Virus record (IMG/VR): IMGVR_UViG_3300029604_000306 | DNA: 64,000 nt | From: a virus | Lineage: Duplodnaviria > Heunggongvirae > Uroviricota > Caudoviricetes | Direction: 5' to 3' (one strand) | Shown here: in pieces, positions 29,481 through 38,126 of the stretch | Layout: the number at the start of each line of letters is the position of its first letter | How positions within the stretch are numbered: the stretch's first letter is position 1 | Notes under the pieces: model-generated | Seen by the model: the letters and a program-made list of their open reading frames with translations, nothing else | Told to the model about the DNA's origin: nothing | The model's database searches: none | Made by a program: the position numbers and the translations under genes

Positions 29481-30056
29481 TTAAAAACATTCGATAGCAA
29501 ATGCATCAGTGACTTCCTGCTGCAGGAATAATTGAAAAAATTTTGCCTGCGGGTCTTTTTTCGTGTTGTATCTGACAAGAAGGAATGGACAGCTATTGTC
29601 TTTGTGCCATTTCTGAAATGTTATGCTATCGACCATGATTGGCTCCGTGCAGATTTCTGTATCTGTTACTGCATATGCTGCATAAGTATCTTTTTTGTAC
29701 AAATCCATTTTTGACACCCGGCATGTCATTGTTTCAAATATTATCTCTTTCTTACGTCTTCGTTCCCGGAAGAAAAAATCTACGAAAAAATAAGATAAAA
29801 CCCAGGCTGCAAAAATAAGGGTAAAGAAACAACATAAAGAAGCAGCGCGCATATAGCCATGATACCACTGGTAAACGGCCAGCATCGCCATAGCAATAGT
29901 TGCCCATATGATAGGAAGCAATGCATCCCATAGTATCCTGACTGTAAACGTCCTGGAGGTCTTGTTTTTGTTCTCAAGGAAGCGCTGTTCATCATATGTA
30001 GGTTTATGGAAGCCTTTCAGTTCTTCTTTTTTAACTTCTTTTGGATTGATTATCAT
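29481..30056 (-). CDS. two-TM hypothetical membrane protein
   Basis: Two hydrophobic helices; GGAGGG RBS. Confidence 0.6.
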   Translation of the reverse strand: MIINPKEVKKEELKGFHKPTYDEQRFLENKNKTSRTFTVRILWDALLPIIWATIAMAMLAVYQWYHGYMRAASLCCFFTLIFAAWVLSYFFVDFFFRERRRKKEIIFETMTCRVSKMDLYKKDTYAAYAVTDTEICTEPIMVDSITFQKWHKDNSCPFLLVRYNTKKDPQAKFFQLFLQQEVTDAFAIECF

Positions 30057-30072
30057 TTGTCATCAGCCCTCC

Positions 30073-30324
30073 TTACTTATTGCAAAAGGAGAGCCCGAAC
30101 CAAAACTCAGCAATAGCCCAAAGAGACACGATGAAAGCGCCAATTCCGCAACAGATTGCTGATTCCGAAGAAACGAAAAGTGCATGATGTACAGCCAGAT
30201 ATGTCAGCCCCAATGCGGAACTGATAAGCGGAATGGATAGGAATAAAAGAGTTTTTGCGATAAACAATGCATCTTTATGTTTGGATTTTTCCGTAATGTT
30301 TTTTAATCTTTTCAAAGCTAACAC
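30073..30324 (-). CDS. small two-TM membrane protein
   Basis: AGGAGGTG RBS (true start probably a few codons in); hydrophobic. Confidence 0.5.
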   Translation of the reverse strand: MLALKRLKNITEKSKHKDALFIAKTLLFLSIPLISSALGLTYLAVHHALFVSSESAICCGIGAFIVSLWAIAEFWFGLSFCNK

Positions 30325-30614
30325 CTCCTATTTTTCTTTATATTTACAATATGCAAAAAAGAGTAAAAAAAAATTGTGAAAGTGCAGTGAAATTTTACAA
30401 TTTAAGCCAAGAATGCTTGTGACTTCAGTCATGAGATGAATTGGCGTTAAATGAATAACGATATAAATAAAAACATCGTATACGACTTTTATATCTTCGC
30501 ATATTTTATGCGAAGATATTTTTCTGTTTCTATAAAGTTTTCCCGCAAAAAACGACACGTTTTAAAATTTTTCGGCATATTAGATATGTAAGAAATAGAA
30601 AGGAGGTATGACGC

Positions 30615-32168
30615 ATGCATACTTTAAGACTTAAACTGGAAATGGATAAAAACACAGCATATATCATGGAAAAGCGTTTTCGTATCCTGGCACATATCAG
30701 TAATCAGATAAGAAAACATGCGAAGAAGCTGTTATCAAGATTAGAAAACGACAAACAGTATCAGCAGGCTTTGGATGAATATATACGACTTAAAAAATTA
30801 GAGTCTGATGATAAGCAGGTCATGGCTGATATGAAGCGGCTTTCGAAGTTTATGAATGAAACACGTAAAAGCATCGGATTGACAAAAAACGAGCTTGAGA
30901 AGTATGCAAGCGTAATGCAGCGTAGATATAAGAAAAATATTTCATCACACCAGGTACAGGCAGAAGTAGCTCATATAATGAAAGGGGTGGATGCGGTATT
31001 ATTCGGCAATGGAAAAGATGTCCATTATAAGAAAGAATCTGATTTTCATACGATTCCGGGAAAGAGCCTAAGCGGCGTCGCAATTCGTTTTGACCAGAAT
31101 AACGAAAAGCGCCAGATTGATTGTTATATCAAATGGAATGGTCTCAAAATCCCGGTAAAATATGATATTTCAAAACCAGATATGCCTGATGAGAAAAATT
31201 ATATAAATGAATCTTTATCTATCGGAGTTATCAAATACTGTGAGATTGAAAGGCTGTGGTTTAAAAGTGGATGGCATTATTATGTAAAACTGTATATGAC
31301 GGAGAATGCACCTAAGAAAATAACACCTGGAAAATCAACAATGGGTATTGATGAAGGACCTTCTACAATGGCTGCTGTATCAGAATCTTCTGTCTTTCTT
31401 GAAGAATTATCTCCAAAATGCAAGGACTACAACAAACAGATTGCATCCTTGCAGCGTAAGATTGATAAATCCACAAGGGTGACAAATCCTGACAGATTTA
31501 ATGAAGATGGAACAGCGAAGAAGAACACAAAAAGCCTTCCACAGTGGAAGTTCTCGAAGACCTGCCAAAGAAGTAAAGCAAGAGTAAGAGAATTATATCG
31601 CAGGAAGGCAGAATACACAAAATGTCAGCATGAGACCTTATTAAACAGTATGATAAAAGATTCATCCATATTTATCAACGAACCGATGGATTTTAAGGCC
31701 CTTGCGAAGAAAGCCCGCGAAACAAAGCGCCGGGATAAAGCCTCTGTGATAAAGAATACTGACGGAACCGAAAAGACCGTATATAAATATAAACAGAAGA
31801 AACGTTTTGGCAAGTCAATCACAGACCGAAGTCCAAGTTTCCTTATTGCAAGACTAAAACAGAAATGTGAACAGTACGGCATGATATATCTGGAAACGGA
31901 TAAGTGGAAATATAAGGCAAGCCAGTATAACCATGTTCTTGATGACTATATAAAAACAGCACTCTCAGAAAGGTTTAAGAATATCGGAGCCATAACCGTC
32001 CAGAGAGATTTATACAGCGCATTTCTCCAGTCCTGTATGGATACCGTGGAAAAGCCTGACAGAAAGAAATGTATACAACTATTTGATAACTTTGTAAAAA
32101 TGCAGAATGACCTAATAACGGAAATGAAAGCATCCGGAAAATCATATCCGGCATGCTTTGGATTCTAG
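30615..32168 (+). CDS. tnpB: TnpB-family RNA-guided RuvC endonuclease (517 aa)
   Basis: RuvC triad GID, NEPMDF and QRDLYSA intact; no CxxC zinc finger. Confidence 0.8.
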   Translation: MHTLRLKLEMDKNTAYIMEKRFRILAHISNQIRKHAKKLLSRLENDKQYQQALDEYIRLKKLESDDKQVMADMKRLSKFMNETRKSIGLTKNELEKYASVMQRRYKKNISSHQVQAEVAHIMKGVDAVLFGNGKDVHYKKESDFHTIPGKSLSGVAIRFDQNNEKRQIDCYIKWNGLKIPVKYDISKPDMPDEKNYINESLSIGVIKYCEIERLWFKSGWHYYVKLYMTENAPKKITPGKSTMGIDEGPSTMAAVSESSVFLEELSPKCKDYNKQIASLQRKIDKSTRVTNPDRFNEDGTAKKNTKSLPQWKFSKTCQRSKARVRELYRRKAEYTKCQHETLLNSMIKDSSIFINEPMDFKALAKKARETKRRDKASVIKNTDGTEKTVYKYKQKKRFGKSITDRSPSFLIARLKQKCEQYGMIYLETDKWKYKASQYNHVLDDYIKTALSERFKNIGAITVQRDLYSAFLQSCMDTVEKPDRKKCIQLFDNFVKMQNDLITEMKASGKSYPACFGF

Positions 32169-32533
32169 GAAACGCATAAGGTTTCCGGTAAGAACCGGAA
32201 TCGTCTGATTTTTACCGGAAATCTTATGCTGAAATAACAGCAGCCACAGATTTCCCAGTAACTTGTAAACCAGCACAGGAGGCAGAAATCACTCCTTCGG
32301 TTGTTAGTAAGGGAGCCTGAACCTTCGGATTCTTGTCATCTCTGAAAGCTGAGCCCGTAAAATGGAAGAGAGTCATGCAAAACCGTGAACCAGGCCATGC
32401 CTGAAAGATTGGCCGTCTGTTTCACGGGGATATACCTGCAGGGGTTCGCCTGCTGCAGTGAAGCCCGAGTCCTCTTCAAGTGCCTGCTTGCAGGTGCGGG
32501 AATCCCGCGACTTTAGTCGTGTGGAGGTTTCAA
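32169..32533 (+). ncRNA. putative long omegaRNA scaffold
   Basis: Non-coding, hairpin-rich region between the tnpB stop and the right end. Confidence 0.5.
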
Positions 32534-32632
32534 AGCTAAAAAAACGCAAAAAGAAATCCTCAAAAAACGAACGATACAGAGTTTTTTCAGCATATTGTAT
32601 GTATACAGGAAGAAAAACAAAGGAGGGAAAAG

Positions 32633-33877
32633 ATAACGAAAAGAAAAAAATATTGGTTTCCACCTGGATTTACGGTAAGCATTGTCGGTTTTTCCAGCAT
32701 ACTGGCTTTGACCGGATGTGGCAAACAATATGATGTGCTTGACAAGATTGCCGATTCCACGACAGTAGGAGAAAGCATTTCCGATAAAGTGCAAGATGAA
32801 CTGGATGTGGAATCATCAAACGCGGAATACATCATAAAGCGTCTGACTGCGGCTGTCAACAAAACGGATGCGGACAGTACTTCTGAAGATGAAGGTACAG
32901 AAACAGGCGAAAGGCCGGAATACGACCCATTGAAATATGTGGATGTAAGCGGCTGCGATATCGCTGAAACAGCAAAAACGCAGGATATGGATATTTCCGA
33001 AAAGGATATCGATAATGCTGTAAAAGAAGAAATGATGAATCAGAATATCTTCAGTAAAAAAGAAAAATCGGAATCCGGTGATATTGTTACGATTGACTAT
33101 ACCGCAACAGAAGAAGGGCAAAAAAAGGCTTTTGTTGATGTGAAAGATGAGGACCGAATCGTCGGAGACAATCTGTTCCCTGACGAAGTTGATGAAAAAC
33201 TCGTTGGGGTTAAGGCTGGTGATGTGATTAATGTAGAGTATTCATTCCCAAAGGACTACAAGGACAAAAATTATAGAGGAAAGACTTTGGATTATCACAT
33301 CACAATTAAAAAAGTGAAAGGAATGACACTGACAGATGAAACAGCGGTAAGCCTGTCTAGCGGGGCACAGACGACGATTAAGGAATACCGTGAGTACATA
33401 AAGTCACTTTTAGAGTATAAAAAAACGCAGGAATTAAGTGAAAACGGTGTAGACGCCCTGTGTAAAAACGCAAAAATCACAGGCTATCCGGATGATGTGC
33501 TCAGCTATGACATACAGCAGGCTTTTATCCGTGTGTATCAGGAATCTGGGCTTTCAGATATTAACAGTGATGCTTTTAAGTCTTATGTAAAGGGCATAGG
33601 ATATGACAGCATTGATGATTTCACAAAGAAGATGCAGGAATCAGTTACAGAGGCACTTGAAAAAGAAATGAAAGTCCTTGCCCTTGCAAAAACATATGGT
33701 CTTTGGCTGGATGATAAAACATTAAGCAAGGAAATTTTAAATCAGGCAACAGGCTATTCAAGTGCAGAAGGCTATTATGCTGATTACTCAAAATATCATG
33801 CACAATACGTTATGGCCAGAATCAATATAGCAAAGGAAATGCAGAAAAATGTCAAACAAACAAAACGTGCCGGCTAA
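32633..33877 (+). CDS. trigger-factor-like (FKBP PPIase) lipoprotein
   Basis: Lipobox LALTGC; GDIVTIDY..FPKDY FKBP/TF domain; the signal peptide needs an ATA start 5 nt after AGGAGGG. Confidence 0.75.
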   Translation: MTKRKKYWFPPGFTVSIVGFSSILALTGCGKQYDVLDKIADSTTVGESISDKVQDELDVESSNAEYIIKRLTAAVNKTDADSTSEDEGTETGERPEYDPLKYVDVSGCDIAETAKTQDMDISEKDIDNAVKEEMMNQNIFSKKEKSESGDIVTIDYTATEEGQKKAFVDVKDEDRIVGDNLFPDEVDEKLVGVKAGDVINVEYSFPKDYKDKNYRGKTLDYHITIKKVKGMTLTDETAVSLSSGAQTTIKEYREYIKSLLEYKKTQELSENGVDALCKNAKITGYPDDVLSYDIQQAFIRVYQESGLSDINSDAFKSYVKGIGYDSIDDFTKKMQESVTEALEKEMKVLALAKTYGLWLDDKTLSKEILNQATGYSSAEGYYADYSKYHAQYVMARINIAKEMQKNVKQTKRAG

Positions 33878-34661
33878 AACGGCGCATTATCCAAAAAGAA
33901 CAAACTTATTATTAAAAAGGACCAGTCTTTTGATTGACGAACTGGATGTAAGGAGAGAAGAGGAGGAGAAGTTTCAGCTCACACCGTATGAGGCTGGACG
34001 GTATATGCAGCTGAAAGAGATTTTTAAATGCCAGCGCCCAGCCGAGCCGATTGAGAATGCACTTGAGGACGAAAGGGCCTTAAAAGAAATCCGGAAAGAA
34101 TACCTGACAGCATCAAAGATAAAAAGAGAAAGGCAGGAGATTAAAGAAAATGCAGATAAAGATGGAGTGGGAGGATTGCTTTTGGCCACCGGGACGCCGG
34201 TCATTTTAGTAGGGGTTTCACTTATGGAAACATTTATGACTGCGGGAATCGGTATCATCGTAGCCGGTGCCGCGATGTACGTCCCGGCATTTATCAGAGA
34301 AGTAACAAAAAAAAGGAAGGCAAGAAGAGACTTAAAAGAAATTTCAAACTGTCTGGATTCGCTTTCCAATGAGATTGATGAGAAGACGATGAATGTGGAC
34401 AAGATATGCTCACAATACGGGCTTCCGATTAATTGCCTGGAAAGAGAAAAATACATGGTTCCACTGCTGGAAGCAGCAAAAGAATATGAAATGTTAAACC
34501 AGAAAGAAACAGATTATGAACTGCTGGTCCAGATAAACGGAAGCCAGGATATCAGCCGGAAGATTTCAAAGAATCTGGAAACGATATTAGGCCTTCCGGT
34601 AAAAGACGAAAAGGAGTATAAAAAAACATTAAAAAAAATTGAAGACCAAATCAAAAATTAA
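33849..34661 (+). CDS. hypothetical membrane protein
   Basis: 270-aa ORF with a central TM hairpin. Confidence 0.6.
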   Translation: MSNKQNVPAKTAHYPKRTNLLLKRTSLLIDELDVRREEEEKFQLTPYEAGRYMQLKEIFKCQRPAEPIENALEDERALKEIRKEYLTASKIKRERQEIKENADKDGVGGLLLATGTPVILVGVSLMETFMTAGIGIIVAGAAMYVPAFIREVTKKRKARRDLKEISNCLDSLSNEIDEKTMNVDKICSQYGLPINCLEREKYMVPLLEAAKEYEMLNQKETDYELLVQINGSQDISRKISKNLETILGLPVKDEKEYKKTLKKIEDQIKN

Positions 34662-34685
34662 ATACAGAAAAGGAGACTTAAAAAA

Positions 34686-36011
34686 ATGATTAACTCTATC
34701 AAACAGGCCCTGACAACACGAGACATCAGACGGAAACTGGAAATCATTGTCGGAATAATCTTTCTGACACGTGTGATTTCCATGATTCCGGTTCCCGGAG
34801 TGGACGCCTCTGTTTTTAAGCAGTGGATGGCGTCCAATTCCAACGATGCGCTCAATCTTTTCTCAGCATTCACAGGAGGGTCATTTGAAAACTTCTCCAT
34901 GTTTGCTTTAGGCATCACCCCGCTTATTACAGCACAGATTGTCATCCAGCTGATGGCAGGCGTAATCTCATCACTGGCAAAACTACAGAAAAAGGGTGAG
35001 CATGGACAGAAAGTCACAAAGTTCATCACTAACATCGTTGGTATCGTACTTGCAGCAATCCAGAGCCTTTGTATGGCAATCGGGTTCAATAAGAGCGGTA
35101 TGATTACCGGAAACGCTGTCTTTTCTGCTATTGCTATCACGGTATTTATGACGGCAGGCACAGGAATCATGATGTATCTTGCGCACATCATTACAGAAAA
35201 AGCAATCGGAAACGGTGTATCTGTACTATTGATGGCGAACATCGTATCCAGGATGCCAGGCCAGTTCGCATCTATGGCGAAAAGCGTGGTTGACGGAAAG
35301 AGTAAAATGGTGGCTGTGCTCTCTATCGCCGGGTTTATCGCTTTACTGCTGCTGATGATTATCGTAATCATTTATATGACAGAAGGATATCATCCACTGC
35401 ATGTACAGTATAGCCAGAAAATGAGCCAATCCGGAGAGGATGCCGAAACAGGACAGATTCCGGTAAAGGTAGGAATTTCTGGCGTTATGCCAATCATCTT
35501 TGCTTCATCACTCATGGCTATCCCTCAGTTGATTGCAACGATTGCCGGGAAAGGATATGGCAGCGGATACAGCAAAATCTTCCTGAACATGATGACACAG
35601 AAGAACTGGTTTGATAACGACCATCCGATTTATGCGGTTGGCCTGCTGATTTATCTGGCACTGATTGTATTTTTCGCGTTCTTCTACCTGCCGGTAACAT
35701 TTAATGCGGCAGAAATCTCTGACAATATCAGGAAGGCCGGAGGCTTCATTCCTGGAGTAAGAGCAGGAGAGGATACGGAGAACTACATCCAGAGTATTTC
35801 CCGCCGCCTTACTTCTATCGGCGTGGTGATGCTGATTTGCGTAACGGTAATCCCAATGGCTATTTGCGGTTCCCTCGGAATCACAACAACCATCAGCGGA
35901 ACCTCACTAATCATCGTCATCGGTGTTGTGGCAGAAACGATGCAGCAGATTCAGCTTGAAATGGCAGGAAGGAATTATTGCGGAATCCTTTGCCAGGATA
36001 CAGAGAAATAA
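34686..36011 (+). CDS. secY: preprotein translocase SecY
   Basis: SMFALGITPLITAQI, IGNGVS, GVMPIIFASS, GGFIPGVRAG, GTSLIIVIGV. Confidence 0.95.
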   Translation: MINSIKQALTTRDIRRKLEIIVGIIFLTRVISMIPVPGVDASVFKQWMASNSNDALNLFSAFTGGSFENFSMFALGITPLITAQIVIQLMAGVISSLAKLQKKGEHGQKVTKFITNIVGIVLAAIQSLCMAIGFNKSGMITGNAVFSAIAITVFMTAGTGIMMYLAHIITEKAIGNGVSVLLMANIVSRMPGQFASMAKSVVDGKSKMVAVLSIAGFIALLLLMIIVIIYMTEGYHPLHVQYSQKMSQSGEDAETGQIPVKVGISGVMPIIFASSLMAIPQLIATIAGKGYGSGYSKIFLNMMTQKNWFDNDHPIYAVGLLIYLALIVFFAFFYLPVTFNAAEISDNIRKAGGFIPGVRAGEDTENYIQSISRRLTSIGVVMLICVTVIPMAICGSLGITTTISGTSLIIVIGVVAETMQQIQLEMAGRNYCGILCQDTEK

Positions 36012-36030
36012 AAAAAAGAAGGAGTTAAAA

Positions 36031-36270
36031 ATGGAGATAAGAAAAGGAGAAAATATCGGTGAGCCAGGCGATATCGAATTTAAGAAAGAAGAACTTGACG
36101 AGTCTAAAAAAATGACTCCGGATATGAAATATATCAAATGGCCAGGCAACGTAACGGTTATGAAAGAGCTTATGTCAGTTGTGGTGGCATCCGCTGTACT
36201 GGCTATGCTGATTGCAGCAGGTGACCAGCTGGGAATGGCAATCGTCAACCTGGTGCTGAAATTTATCTGA
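36031..36270 (+). CDS. secE: SecE-like subunit
   Basis: MKYIKWP followed by one TM helix ending in D; directly after secY. Confidence 0.65.
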   Translation: MEIRKGENIGEPGDIEFKKEELDESKKMTPDMKYIKWPGNVTVMKELMSVVVASAVLAMLIAAGDQLGMAIVNLVLKFI

Positions 36271-36392
36271 TATATACGGCGGCTGTATCTTGGACGATAC
36301 AGCCGTTTTTTTGTATCCTCAACATTTTTGCATATTGAAACCGTAAAAGAGAAACAATATCTCAAATAAATCAAAGAAAGGAAAATGCAAAA

Positions 36393-37241
36393 ATGGCGAG
36401 CATTAATTTATATGAAGAGCCAGTCTATTATTCGGAATTGGCAGATAAAGAAATCACAAAGGAAGGGGTGAAAGAGGACTGTAGCCGAATACTGAATGTC
36501 TGCACATATAAAGTACAGAAATATATCAACAGCCACTACGGAAAAAGTTTCCTCAACGAAGATAGCCTGAAAGACATGGTCCAGAATACTGCTGTAAGTA
36601 TTATGGGAAGCATCAGTGATTACATCCTCACAGACAAAGCAGTCCCGTTTTGGGCATATATCAATGTCTGCATCCGGTCAGCGGCGAAAGAAGCATACCG
36701 GAAAGAGACCGGAGCAATGGGTGCATCTGCGCATGTAATGCGCGAGGCATCAAAGACAGTCGAAAAGATGCATAGCGAGCATCTGTCAGAAGACGAAGTC
36801 GCGAAAAGTATGCATATGAAAAAAAGCACAGTACAGAGTTATGTACGGTTGAAGTGCCATACACTCAGTATGGATGAACCAGTTGCGCTAGCAGCAGTTG
36901 ACAGTTTTGATGAAGGAGACACCCTTGCCGACAGGATTGGTGAAAAGAAGCAAGATATCTTAAGACGCGACAGTGTCGACGAGGTTTTGAAAGAAGAGCC
37001 GGGAGAGGTACATGAGATTGTTGAAAAAATGCTGGTCTTCATGAACGAAGAGGCCAGGTTCGTTATTGACAACTACCTGAAATATGCGCCGGAAGATAAT
37101 TGGAGAGAATTGACCATGAAAGCATGCCGGCAAAAGAATATTTCCGAATCAAGGACAATGGACATCATCTACCGGTTCAGGAGAAGAGCAAAACATGAAC
37201 TGAAGGACTGGGAGAAGAATGGCAGGATTGGCTCAGAGTAG
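36393..37241 (+). CDS. alternative sigma70-family factor (SigB/F/G-like)
   Basis: Region-2-like DMVQ..PFWAYINVCIRS..YRK; region-3-like EVAKSMHM..LSMDEP..DTLAD. Confidence 0.7.
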   Translation: MASINLYEEPVYYSELADKEITKEGVKEDCSRILNVCTYKVQKYINSHYGKSFLNEDSLKDMVQNTAVSIMGSISDYILTDKAVPFWAYINVCIRSAAKEAYRKETGAMGASAHVMREASKTVEKMHSEHLSEDEVAKSMHMKKSTVQSYVRLKCHTLSMDEPVALAAVDSFDEGDTLADRIGEKKQDILRRDSVDEVLKEEPGEVHEIVEKMLVFMNEEARFVIDNYLKYAPEDNWRELTMKACRQKNISESRTMDIIYRFRRRAKHELKDWEKNGRIGSE

Positions 37242-37356
37242 AATTCAGGGCGGAATATCGCCTGCTAAATATAAATGATGCTGAAGATAAGATTACAAAG
37301 GTAAAAGAAAATAAAAGCAAAAATAAAACAGCCTGGCGAAGCCAGGCTGTTTGTTT

Positions 37357-37669
37357 AACGGAGAGCGGGACGTCCCCGGCCGACGAAAAGTCGTCCGCGG
37401 GTCAAATGTTTCGGTTTTAACTTCGCACGTGGGTCAGAATCCCCGTTCGTGCACTGCACTCAGCCTTATCGACGGGCGGGGAACCCGCCCTCGTCTCTAC
37501 ACTCCGACTTCGTCGTCGTTTGTCAGCCCTTATGGTGTACTACGCTCAGTCTTGCGGCTTCGCTTGTCAGCCCTTATGGGCTTGGTACACGCGAGCATAG
37601 CTCGCGGTATCACGGCTTCGCTTGTCAGCCTCTGCGAAGCTTGGGTACGAGCCGGAACGGCGAATTATC
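37357..37669 (+). mobile_element. mini-element family I carrying a nested family II copy
   Basis: AACGGAG...GGCGAATTATC; flanks TT|A. Confidence 0.8.
37468..37611 (+). mobile_element. nested mini-element family II
   Basis: Splits ACTCAGCCTT|ACGGCTTCG, which is intact at 809-827. Confidence 0.85.
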
Positions 37670-37715
37670 AACATAAGCGTTTTGTAATTGTTTCTGGTCT
37701 CCTGTTTTGCGTCAT

Positions 37716-37858
37716 GATACCGAGAGCTACGCTCGCTTGTCAGCGGCAAAAACCGCTTGATTACCTTCAGACAGACGGCAAACAGGTTTGATAACTCAGT
37801 CTTCGGCTTCGTTACCAGATTCGCTTCGCTCAATGACCGCGGTCTCCCGTCCGTCGAT
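37716..37858 (-). mobile_element. mini-element family II with a nested 45-nt family I end (37790-37834)
   Basis: Reverse-strand ATCGACGGACGGG...GCTCTCGGTATC. Confidence 0.75.
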
Positions 37859-38126
37859 GATACCGGATGATACCGCGAGTAAAACAATTAGTATGCTGAA
37901 AAAAAATGTTCTAATTTTTTTTTGATTTGTCATATTAAAAAAGAAAGAAAAAAATGCCAGGAACGGTTTTTCATAGAGACAAAAAAAAGGCAGGAAATAT
38001 AAAGAAAATAACGGGAGGATAAAAAATGAGAGAATACAAACCGTAGCGTATAGTTGACAAAGAAGAAAGGAGATTAAAATGATGAAGCTTAAAAAGATAA
38101 AACATCTTAAGCAAGGAGGAAAAGAT

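Larger units (their letters stand above)
30406..32533 (+). mobile_element. IS200/IS605-like tnpB-only (IS1341-type) element
   Basis: Left hairpin CTTGTGACT-TC-AGTCATGAG after TTTAA; right end GAATCCCGCGACTTTAGTCGTGTGGAGGTTTCAA; boundaries approximate. Confidence 0.65.

Noticed and set aside
30615..32168. Cas12 CRISPR effector
   Set aside because: No repeat-spacer array or cas1/cas2; flanked by IS200/IS605-type ends.
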